Below, piece by piece: positions 56,726 to 64,000 of a DNA stretch of 64,000 bases. Under the pieces are notes generated by a model that saw nothing but the letters and a program-made list of their open reading frames with translations, did no database searches and was not told where the DNA came from. Each line of letters begins with the position of its first letter. Position 1 is the first letter of the stretch. The DNA is taken from NCBI GenBank assembly GCA_963846775.1, contig CAWJXB010000006.1, positions 1,702,990 through 1,766,989 on the forward strand. Direction: 5' to 3'. A program made the translations under genes and the position numbers. The DNA is from an uncultured Verrucomicrobiae bacterium. Its GTDB lineage: Bacteria > Verrucomicrobiota > Verrucomicrobiia > Chthoniobacterales > UBA10450.

Positions 56726-56806
56726 CCAGCGTTGGGCGTGGGCTTTCTTTTAGCAACAAAGATCGACTGAAGGTTCAGCACAACGTTGCGACAGAGTCAG
56801 AATACG

Positions 56807-58834
56807 ATGAACTCCTCTCCGCTGGCCAATCCTTCACGCGTCCTAGTGATCGGTTGGGACGCGGCCGATTGGCAGGTGATCCATCCGTTGGTTGACAATG
56901 GGCTCATGCCCACTCTCCAACGCTTGATCGAAGGCGGTGTGATCGGGAATCTGGCGTCGCTCTCGCCGATGCTTTCACCGATTCTCTGGACTAGCATCGC
57001 TACGGGCAAACGCGCCTACGCTCACGGTGTGCGCGGGTTCATCGAGCCGCTTCCCGATCGTTCCGGCCTCCATCCCGTCGGGACGCGCTCCCGAAAATGC
57101 AAAGCGCTTTGGAATATCGCCTCGCAATCGAACCGCAAAAGCGTGATCTGCGGCTGGCAAGCGAGTCATCCGGCGGAGCCGATTCAGGGCGCGATGGTGT
57201 CGAATCTCTTTTGCATCCCGCCGCTAAATTCAACGCCGGATTCATGGTTAATCCCTGAAGGAAGTGTTCAGCCGCCAGCACTGGCCAGCGAGCTCGCGGA
57301 GCTGCGGGTGCATCCACGGGAAATCGAAGCGACGCCGATTCAGCAGTTGATCCCGCGGGCAGCTGAGCTGGACCAGAAGGATTTGCTTGTCCAACGCCGC
57401 CTGACTTTGTTGACCGAGCGCCTCGCGGAAGTGATCAGCGTTCACGCCGTCGCGACCGAGCTACTGGAAAGAGAACCCTGGGATTTCGGCGCAGTTTATT
57501 ACGAATGCATCGACCAGGTCGGGCACGAGTTCATGTCCTTCCATCCGCCGCGATTACCCGAGATTAGCGAACGCGAATTCGAATTTTATCGCGACGTGAT
57601 AACCGGCGTTTACCGATTCCATGATCTAATGCTGGCGCGCCTCGTCGAGCTGGCGGGACCGAGCGCACACATTATGATTGTTTCCGATCATGGATTCGAA
57701 AGCGGGGCGCGCCGGCCCCGCGGGCGAGTCGAGCCAGCAAAGTGGCATCGGCCACAGGGAATTTTCGTGCTGCATGGCCCGGGGATTCGAGCGGACGAGA
57801 GAATCGAGGGCGCAACCTTGCTCGACATCGCCCCGAGCGCGCTTACCTTGCTTGGGTTGCCCATTGGCGAGGACATGGAGGGCAAACCTCTGGTCAGCGC
57901 GTTCGAGAAACCGCCGGATATCAAACGAATTCCGTCATGGGAAAAGGTAGCGGGCGAAGACGGGCATCTTCCGCCTCGGGCCGGGGATGAAGATCCGGCC
58001 GCTGCACAGGCCGTGCTGCGCCAGTTTATTGCCCTTGGCTATGTCAACGCGCCCGGTGATGACACGCTGCGGCTTATTTCCCTGGCCGAGGACGAATCCG
58101 ATTTCAATGTCGCCGTCAGTTTGTGCGAGGCCGGGCGCGCGCGCGAAGGCAAAGAACTTCTGGCCAAGCTGATAGCCCGAAGACCCGACGAACCGCAGCC
58201 GCGCTATTGGATGGCCTTTGCTCAGGCCTGCCTCAGCGCGCAAACACCTCACGAAGCGGCACCCGCGCTTGATGCGCTAGAGCGAACTCAGCCGGACGCG
58301 CCGCAAACGCTTGTCCTGGGTGGGGTGTTGGCCTGGGTGCGCGGCGATATGGAAGGCTGTGCCGAGGCTTTCCATAAAGCGGAACGCGTTGCTCCTAACG
58401 ACCCAATCACCCAAACGTATCTCGGCCGGCTTTACTTGCGTCAGCGCCGATGGCCGGAAGCCGAGCGCGCCTTCCGGCTCGCACTGAGGGTCAATCCAGA
58501 CATGCCTGAGGCACATTATGGATTGAGCGTGGCGCTGCCACGGCAAAATTTCGTCGAACAAGGAATCGATCACGCTTTGCTGGCCGTGGGTCTGCGCCAC
58601 GAATTTCCCGAGGCGCATTTCCAGCTCGGCGCGTTGCTCTCGCGGATGGGGTGGTTCGAACGGGCCATTCAGGCTTTTGAGATGTCGCTCCGGATGCGCC
58701 CCGGCTTCGTTCTGGCCCATCGTTATCTCTCGCGCATTTACCCTCGCATCGGGCGATCCGATCTGGCCGAGCGCCACCGCAAGGAAGCCGCCCGTCTTTT
58801 GGAAATGCGCGTGCCCCAGCCAATTGCGGATTAG
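56807..58834 (+). CDS. alkaline-phosphatase-superfamily (type I phosphodiesterase/nucleotide pyrophosphatase) protein with C-terminal TPR repeats
   Basis: N-terminal VLVIGWDAADW and the metal-ligand region of AlkP-core enzymes. The C-terminal ~250 aa are TPR repeats. Confidence 0.7.
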   Translation: MNSSPLANPSRVLVIGWDAADWQVIHPLVDNGLMPTLQRLIEGGVIGNLASLSPMLSPILWTSIATGKRAYAHGVRGFIEPLPDRSGLHPVGTRSRKCKALWNIASQSNRKSVICGWQASHPAEPIQGAMVSNLFCIPPLNSTPDSWLIPEGSVQPPALASELAELRVHPREIEATPIQQLIPRAAELDQKDLLVQRRLTLLTERLAEVISVHAVATELLEREPWDFGAVYYECIDQVGHEFMSFHPPRLPEISEREFEFYRDVITGVYRFHDLMLARLVELAGPSAHIMIVSDHGFESGARRPRGRVEPAKWHRPQGIFVLHGPGIRADERIEGATLLDIAPSALTLLGLPIGEDMEGKPLVSAFEKPPDIKRIPSWEKVAGEDGHLPPRAGDEDPAAAQAVLRQFIALGYVNAPGDDTLRLISLAEDESDFNVAVSLCEAGRAREGKELLAKLIARRPDEPQPRYWMAFAQACLSAQTPHEAAPALDALERTQPDAPQTLVLGGVLAWVRGDMEGCAEAFHKAERVAPNDPITQTYLGRLYLRQRRWPEAERAFRLALRVNPDMPEAHYGLSVALPRQNFVEQGIDHALLAVGLRHEFPEAHFQLGALLSRMGWFERAIQAFEMSLRMRPGFVLAHRYLSRIYPRIGRSDLAERHRKEAARLLEMRVPQPIAD

Positions 58835-59197
58835 GCGGCCGTTAACAGTTAGGACTGTTCAACGTCGAAGCGACACCTTGTTTCTCTTTTTTTGTCCCGG
58901 GGCAAGGTCAACTCACGGTCGAAATTCGAATCCTACATTGAAGTTGAGGACACGCGGAAGAGCGCGATAAGATTTTTTCCTTCATGCGTGTTCCAGGAAA
59001 GAATTTGTGGGGAGCCAGCAGGGTGATGGTGATTTGCCTGGCGGACCTTGCAGGCCCAGGGCTCGGGTCCGTTAGGCAAATGCTTTCTACTTGAACACGT
59101 TGTCATTCTGAGCGAAGCGAAGAATCTCTGATTGGTTCAGAGTGAGCCATGCCAAGACAATGACCAGAGATGTTTCTCCCGCGACTGCGGGATCAAC

Positions 59198-60232
59198 ATG
59201 ACAAAAGAGCGCCACGAATTCGCCAGCGATAATACTGCCCCGATTTGTCCCGAAGTCTGGGATGCCCTGGCAAAAGCAAACCGCGCCGCCGCCGCGTCCT
59301 ATGGTGAAGACGAATGGAGTGCGCGACTACACGAACGTGTCCGCGACCTGTTCGAAGCCGATTGCGAGAGCTTTCTTGTCTTTAACGGCACGGCTGCGAA
59401 TGCGCTGGCGCTGGCGCAGCTTTGCCAGCCGTTTCACAGCATCGTTTGTCACGAACGCGCCCACATTGAAACCGACGAGTGCGGCGCGCCGGAATTTTTC
59501 TCCGGCTCTAAACTGCTGGTCGCGCGTGGCGATCACGGTAAAATCGACATTGGCGAGGCGCAATCGGTCATTGGTCGCCAGCCGGAACTACACGCGCAGA
59601 AGCCGCGGGTCATCAGTCTGGCGCAAGCGACAGAGTTGGGCACAGTTTACCAACGGCACGAGATTCGCGCGCTGAGCGAATTGGCCCTTGAACGGTCGCT
59701 CTTCATCCACATGGATGGCGCACGCTTCGCCAATGCCGTGGCGTCGCTTGACTGCGCCCCGAAAGAAATCTCGTGGCAGTCCGGGGTCGATGTTCTCTGT
59801 TTCGGCGGCACCAAAAACGGGCTCGCTGCGGGGGAGCTGGTTGTGTTTTTTAAGAAGGAATTGGCGCGCGAATTCGATTACCGGATCAAACAAGCCGGGC
59901 AGCTCGGTTCGAAAATGCGGTTTCTGGCTGCGGGCTGGCTTGCGCTTCTCGAAAACGATCTTTGGCTGCGCAATGCCGAACAGGCCAATGCGGCCGCGCG
60001 CCGGCTGGCGGAAAAGCTCCGCGGGCTAACGAACATTAGCATTTTGTTTCCGGTGGAAGCGAACGCGATTTTTGTTCGTTTGGAAGAGCGAATCGCACAC
60101 GCGCTGCAAGCAGCCGGCTGGCATTTCTACAGGTTTATTGAGCCTGATGTTTATCGCTTCATGTGTTCGTGGGCGACCAGCGAGCGCGCCACTGAAGATC
60201 TTGTCGCGGAAGTAAAACGTGCGTGGAAGTGA
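59198..60232 (+). CDS. ltaE: low-specificity L-threonine aldolase
   Basis: Beta-eliminating lyase fold with PLP-Lys region (GGTKNG), 344 aa from the internal ATG (MTKERHEFASDN). Confidence 0.85.
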   Translation: MTKERHEFASDNTAPICPEVWDALAKANRAAAASYGEDEWSARLHERVRDLFEADCESFLVFNGTAANALALAQLCQPFHSIVCHERAHIETDECGAPEFFSGSKLLVARGDHGKIDIGEAQSVIGRQPELHAQKPRVISLAQATELGTVYQRHEIRALSELALERSLFIHMDGARFANAVASLDCAPKEISWQSGVDVLCFGGTKNGLAAGELVVFFKKELAREFDYRIKQAGQLGSKMRFLAAGWLALLENDLWLRNAEQANAAARRLAEKLRGLTNISILFPVEANAIFVRLEERIAHALQAAGWHFYRFIEPDVYRFMCSWATSERATEDLVAEVKRAWK

Positions 60233-60282
60233 TGAACCGCCTAAAAATTGCGCCCGGCGCGCGAAGTCGTATAAAGCACGCA

Positions 60283-60834
60283 ATGCCGCATCACGCGCAA
60301 TCGTTTTTGTTGCTTAACCTGTCGATCCTGACAGGAACCGCGTTGGGTGGGTGCAGCGTCGCTCACGATGCTGCCTCCGTGACGTATCACGCTGCATCCG
60401 CAACGTACCATGCTGCATCCACAACGTATCATGCTGCATCCACAACGTACCACGCGGTCACTGTGCCGGTGCGAATCATTAGGCGGAACGTTGCCCATCG
60501 ACTGCCTCCCGACGCTCATGGGGAAAACACGACCACGAGCGTCGTGACCGAAACGGCCCCGACAACTCCGGATTCTTCGATCGCGACGACGCCTGCAACG
60601 CCCCGGAAGTCCGCCCCCCCGCAAAAGGCCGCGGTCTTCTCGAAGGCTAAAGCTTCGCCAACTCCAGGTGCCGTGCCGCGTGTGCAATTTCCAATCGCCG
60701 AGCGGGTTCCCGGCAAATCCGGATTGGTGATGAGCCCGTTCGATCCGGAAGCAAGATATGTCGACGTCAGCGGTTACGCCTCCGGCAGTAAAGTGAAGGA
60801 TCCGTGGACGGAGAAGATTTTCATTGTGCCGTAG
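60283..60834 (+). CDS. lipoprotein with four tandem (V/A/T)TYHAAS heptapeptide repeats and Thr/Pro-rich linker
   Basis: Signal peptide with lipobox-like LGGC. Repeats encoded by four 21-bp tandem units (60380-60463). Confidence 0.5.
   Translation: MPHHAQSFLLLNLSILTGTALGGCSVAHDAASVTYHAASATYHAASTTYHAASTTYHAVTVPVRIIRRNVAHRLPPDAHGENTTTSVVTETAPTTPDSSIATTPATPRKSAPPQKAAVFSKAKASPTPGAVPRVQFPIAERVPGKSGLVMSPFDPEARYVDVSGYASGSKVKDPWTEKIFIVP
60380..60463 (+). repeat. 4 x 21-bp in-frame tandem repeat inside lipoprotein gene
   Basis: gtgacgtatcacgctgcatcc / gcaacgtaccatgctgcatcc / acaacgtatcatgctgcatcc / acaacgtaccacgcggtcact. Confidence 0.8.
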
Positions 60835-60904
60835 ACGCTCCTTGAGGACTTGACCGGTTTAACCGGTCAAGTCTAACGACTTCGCGTAACAGTTGACCCG
60901 GGCC

Positions 60905-61129
60905 TTATGGGTCTTGTGCGTCTTTGGTCCGCTTACGCGCTTGTTCGGCGACTTCGCGAGCGCGATCGATGGAATGTTTAGCCCAGTCGTGCTCGGACAC
61001 CTGGCGGGGCGGTGCAGGCGTCACAACCGATGCATGCTCGTTTGGCACCGGAGCGGTTTCGCTGTTTTTCTGCCAGAGATAAAGAATGCCCAAGCCTGCG
61101 ATAATGAGGAAGGGCAAGTAACGCCGCAT
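60905..61129 (-). CDS. small membrane-anchored hypothetical protein
   Basis: 74 aa with one N-terminal TM helix. Confidence 0.35.
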   Translation of the reverse strand: MRRYLPFLIIAGLGILYLWQKNSETAPVPNEHASVVTPAPPRQVSEHDWAKHSIDRAREVAEQARKRTKDAQDP

Positions 61130-61277
61130 GCTTTTTATTCAGCAGATCATGAGCCAGCAGGGCGCGCCGGCTGAGAATTTCCGCGGTCCGACCGAACCTC
61201 GGGAGCGCGCATAAAAAAGTCATTCTCTTGGGTTCGGCAAGCGCGCCGAACACGAACACGGTTACTACCTTCTCTTG

Positions 61278-61610
61278 TCACTCGCGCCTCTGCTTTTCGA
61301 CGAGGTGGCGCAGCTGGCGTTCCATTGTCTTGAACGCGTCGTGGATGACTTTTTTAAGCGGTTCGTGTGAGCCGTTGTCGTTTTGTTGTTCATCGGCTAC
61401 GAGCTCGTGGCGCGGTCTCACCGTCACGTCGATTCGACAACGATAAGGGTTGCCTTTTTGATGGGTGTGATTGGTTTGCTCGATCGCGATATCACATCGG
61501 TTGATGTGGTCGCAAAAACGTTCCAATCTCGCGGCATAGTCGAGAATAGTACTCTCAATGAGATCGGATTTCTCCACCCCCCGATAGCTGATTTTCACTG
61601 GCAGTTGCAT
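61278..61610 (-). CDS. hpf: ribosome hibernation-promoting factor (HPF/RaiA family)
   Basis: 110 aa; MQLPVKISYRGVE... beta-alpha-beta-beta-beta-alpha pattern of the YfiA/HPF family. Confidence 0.75.
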   Translation of the reverse strand: MQLPVKISYRGVEKSDLIESTILDYAARLERFCDHINRCDIAIEQTNHTHQKGNPYRCRIDVTVRPRHELVADEQQNDNGSHEPLKKVIHDAFKTMERQLRHLVEKQRRE

Positions 61611-61657
61611 GCTCTAAGTTAAGCCGCATCGGCGCTAGTGAGAAGCGAAATTGTGCT

Positions 61658-62125
61658 TCAAATCTGCTGCAACGACCGGAAGTGCGACGTGAGTTTGGCC
61701 GGCTCGATCTTGACCAAGTCGGAATTCACGTGTTCCACGATGCGCTGGCGGACAGCCGCCGGCAGAAGATCGACAATCGCGTTGTGGATTTCCGCCGGCG
61801 CAGCAAGGGACCAGGCTTCCTTTCCGTTGCGCGAGACAACATCGACAATTCGATCGGCCAATTGTTTGCAGAGGCGCCGCTCCGTCTCCGTCTCCAATTG
61901 CGTTCGTTCGGCAATGGATCCGTGCCCATGATGCCCGCTCGCGCCATTGCTGACGCGGAACCGCCCCGCCTGGTCGGTCACTTTGTCGAGCAATCGGCCG
62001 TGGGCATCGGTCAGGTTCAATGCCTGGATAAGCTGGAGACTGGGGCCGCGAGTGGGAGTTTCATTAACACGGTAAGCTTTCAGACTGCCCCGATCTGTGA
62101 CGATCACTAAAGAAGTTGCTGTCAT
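61658..62125 (-). CDS. host-attachment-protein family (PF10116-like) protein
   Basis: Block-wise similarity to the Hap family (LVIVTDRGSLKAYRVNE; TDQAGRFRVSNGASGHHGHGS; SLAAPAEIHNAIVDLL). Confidence 0.5.
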   Translation of the reverse strand: MTATSLVIVTDRGSLKAYRVNETPTRGPSLQLIQALNLTDAHGRLLDKVTDQAGRFRVSNGASGHHGHGSIAERTQLETETERRLCKQLADRIVDVVSRNGKEAWSLAAPAEIHNAIVDLLPAAVRQRIVEHVNSDLVKIEPAKLTSHFRSLQQI

Positions 62126-62199
62126 TTTCCTATCTAATCTAAAATCGCGTCCTAACGCAACATCGCGTCCATGTGATTCGTAAGCAGGACCCGGCGAAG

Positions 62200-64000
62200 C
62201 TATTTTTTTGCCGTCGTGCCGAGCTGGGCGAACAGAAATGCATAGATGTCCGCTTGTTGTTTGATTCGCTCGCTTAATGCCGTGCCGATTCCATGACCGG
62301 CGCTTGTACTCGTGCGCAACAAAATCGGATTACTCGATTTGTTAGCTTCGTCCAGACGCGCGGTCATTTTGCGGGAATGATAAGGCGCCACGCGGCCGTC
62401 GTTGGCACCGGTCATCAGCAAGATCGACGGATATTTCGTTCCATCGACAACATGATGATAGGGCGAATAAGCGTAGAGCGCTTTGAATTGGTCTGGATCT
62501 TTTACCGTCCCAAACTCCGTTACATTGAAGGCGCCATTGGGCGCCAGCTCGACCCGGAGCATATCGTAAATCCCGACTGAGGAGACAACGGCGTGCATCA
62601 GATCGGGATGCTGCGTGATCAGCGCGCCCATCAGCAACCCGCCGTTGCTCCCACCTTCAATGGCGAGCTTTTGCGGACGCGTCCATTTTTCTTTAATCAA
62701 ATATTCTGCCGCCGCGGCGAAATCATCGAACACGTTTTGTTTCTTAGTGAGATTGCCGGCCTTATGCCACTCCTCGCCAAACTCGCCGCCGCCGCGAATG
62801 TTCGCGACCACGTAAACGCCCCCGCGATCGAACCAGAGTCGTCTCGTGAAATCGAAACTCGGCGACATGCTGATGCTGTAACCGCCGTAGCCATAAAGCA
62901 GCGTGGGATTATTGCCGTCGAGCTTCGTTCCCTTTTTCCGGACAATGTTTAGCGGAACCTTCGCGCCGTCTTTGGAAGGCGCGAACTCGCGCGTCACTTC
63001 GATATCGGCAAACGACACCGGCGATGTATTGACCAGTGCCGTCTTCACCGACTCAGTTTTTCCTCCAGCCAAATGGAACCAGGCCGGCGACTCGGTATAA
63101 CTGACATCGCGGAACAGCAGCGAACTGTCTTCCAGCGACTCCATTTCCGAAATCGTCGAGACATTCGGAATTGGAATGATTCTCTCGTCTTTGCTGTCGA
63201 GCGCGAAACGGCGCAGCTGGGACGGGCCGCCCAGCAAATCTACAACGTAAAGCGCATCCGCGGTCGGCTCCACCTGTTGAATCACCGCTTCGCCTGGCGG
63301 AACGATCATCGTTGCCTTGGCCAATTCCGGCGTGTCCAGCGGCAGACGCAAGACTTTCCCGCGCGGAGCATCGGCGCGCGAAAGCAGATACAGGGCGTTG
63401 TCACGTCCCAAACGCGCTATTCGAACCTGATCGCTGAAGTGCGTGATTTGCTTCCAGGCACCGTCCGGCGCAAGCAGATAATGAGCGAACTCGCCGCCGT
63501 CGCCATTCGCCACCGCAGCCAAAATGTATTTTCCGTCTTGTGACGCAGCCAGTTGGATCTCGGCGATGCGCGGAAAGTCTTTACCGATCGCGTATGTGTC
63601 GTCGGTATCCGGCGTGCCGAGCTTATGGAAATAAACCTGCTGATAGAAGTTCAGGTCGGCATCGGGCCGTTCGCCCTTGCGCGGAAAGCGCGTGTAATAA
63701 AGACCAGTGCCGTCCGCATTCCAGGCCGCGCTTCCGCCGGCCGTTGGATATTGCACATGCGCGATGGTGTCCGGGAGCGCCTTCCCAGTTTCGGTTTCGT
63801 AAATATGAAGCGTCCCATCTTCGCTTCCGCCTTTCGAAAGCGAAACAGCGACATATTTGCCATCGCGTGACGGAACAAACCAATCGATCGCAGTTGTGCC
63901 TTTGTTGTCGAGCGCATTCGGGTCGAGCACGATCCTCTCCGATTTCAAATCGTTAGCCGAGGCAAGCGTCACCAGCATCTGCTGCTGTTTCGGCGGCTGA
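62200..64000 (-). CDS. prolyl oligopeptidase-family serine peptidase (S9A), N-terminus beyond window
   Basis: Beta-propeller region followed by the alpha/beta-hydrolase catalytic domain (GGSNGG nucleophile elbow, catalytic Asp/His). ORF open to the window edge. Confidence 0.85.
   Translation of the reverse strand, partial: QPPKQQQMLVTLASANDLKSERIVLDPNALDNKGTTAIDWFVPSRDGKYVAVSLSKGGSEDGTLHIYETETGKALPDTIAHVQYPTAGGSAAWNADGTGLYYTRFPRKGERPDADLNFYQQVYFHKLGTPDTDDTYAIGKDFPRIAEIQLAASQDGKYILAAVANGDGGEFAHYLLAPDGAWKQITHFSDQVRIARLGRDNALYLLSRADAPRGKVLRLPLDTPELAKATMIVPPGEAVIQQVEPTADALYVVDLLGGPSQLRRFALDSKDERIIPIPNVSTISEMESLEDSSLLFRDVSYTESPAWFHLAGGKTESVKTALVNTSPVSFADIEVTREFAPSKDGAKVPLNIVRKKGTKLDGNNPTLLYGYGGYSISMSPSFDFTRRLWFDRGGVYVVANIRGGGEFGEEWHKAGNLTKKQNVFDDFAAAAEYLIKEKWTRPQKLAIEGGSNGGLLMGALITQHPDLMHAVVSSVGIYDMLRVELAPNGAFNVTEFGTVKDPDQFKALYAYSPYHHVVDGTKYPSILLMTGANDGRVAPYHSRKMTARLDEANKSSNPILLRTSTSAGHGIGTALSERIKQQADIYAFLFAQLGTTAKK

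Noticed and set aside
58640-58665. tRNA T-loop-like GGTTCGAAC motif
   Set aside because: Flanking bases do not form a T-stem, no acceptor/anticodon arms, and it lies inside the AlkP-TPR coding region.
1-64000. rRNA, tRNA, CRISPR arrays, integrases/transposases, phage genes
   Set aside because: None detected. No IS or phage signatures were seen among the ORFs, and no tRNA-like cloverleaf was found by eye.

Overview
The window is a 64 kb chromosomal segment from a high-GC Gram-negative bacterium. A PEP-CTERM protein, ExbB/ExbD/TonB and many TPR/glycosyltransferase genes point to a soil Verrucomicrobia- or Acidobacteria-like lineage. About 61 CDS are supported, and no rRNA, tRNA or CRISPR is evident.

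Housekeeping genes are interspersed:
- Metabolism: pyrC (5' partial), purC, mdh, malQ, pdxH, fabF, ltaE, myo-inositol-1-phosphate synthase, a guaB3-like IMPDH-family protein, an M19 dipeptidase and a prolyl oligopeptidase (partial at the window end).
- RNA, translation and Fe-S: two rRNA methyltransferases (RlmI-like, RlmD-like), hpf, a cysteine desulfurase and a beta-CASP MBL ribonuclease.

Four accessory-type modules are present:
- Efflux. A TetR-controlled HlyD/ABC/ABC-2 (CecR-YbhGFSR-like) system at 19.2-22.8 kb. A second system with two tandem TolC paralogs, an MFP, an FtsX permease and an ABC ATPase at 25.2-31.5 kb.
- Cell-surface polysaccharide genes at 33.2-39.1 kb: rmlA, GT2, GT4 and a GT-C membrane glycosyltransferase. 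rmlA reads through in frame into a signal-peptide plus TonB-C-like module.
- ExbB-ExbD-TonB at 41.6-43.7 kb.
- One minus-strand operon at 46.6-52.4 kb. It couples a myxococcal-type MglA/MglB Ras-like GTPase switch to a PilB-type ATPase, a 691-aa Pro-rich roadblock-domain protein and a stand-alone GspE-N-domain protein.
- A PEP-CTERM protein locus at 52.7-58.8 kb. The PEP-CTERM gene is flanked by a PMT-like TPR membrane glycosyltransferase, a Ppm1/DPM1-like GT2 and an AlkP-TPR protein. The PMT-like and PEP-CTERM genes share a conserved ~75-bp upstream element.

The non-coding DNA is unusually structured:
- Tandem heptamer arrays partnered with an inverted copy form long hairpins directly upstream of start codons of purC/rlmI, mdh and malQ.
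- A REP-like 25-bp palindromic unit occurs at five loci and donates the stop codon of three genes.
- A MITE-like structured repeat occurs in two copies.
- A 35-bp repeat is shared between an intergenic region and a coding region.
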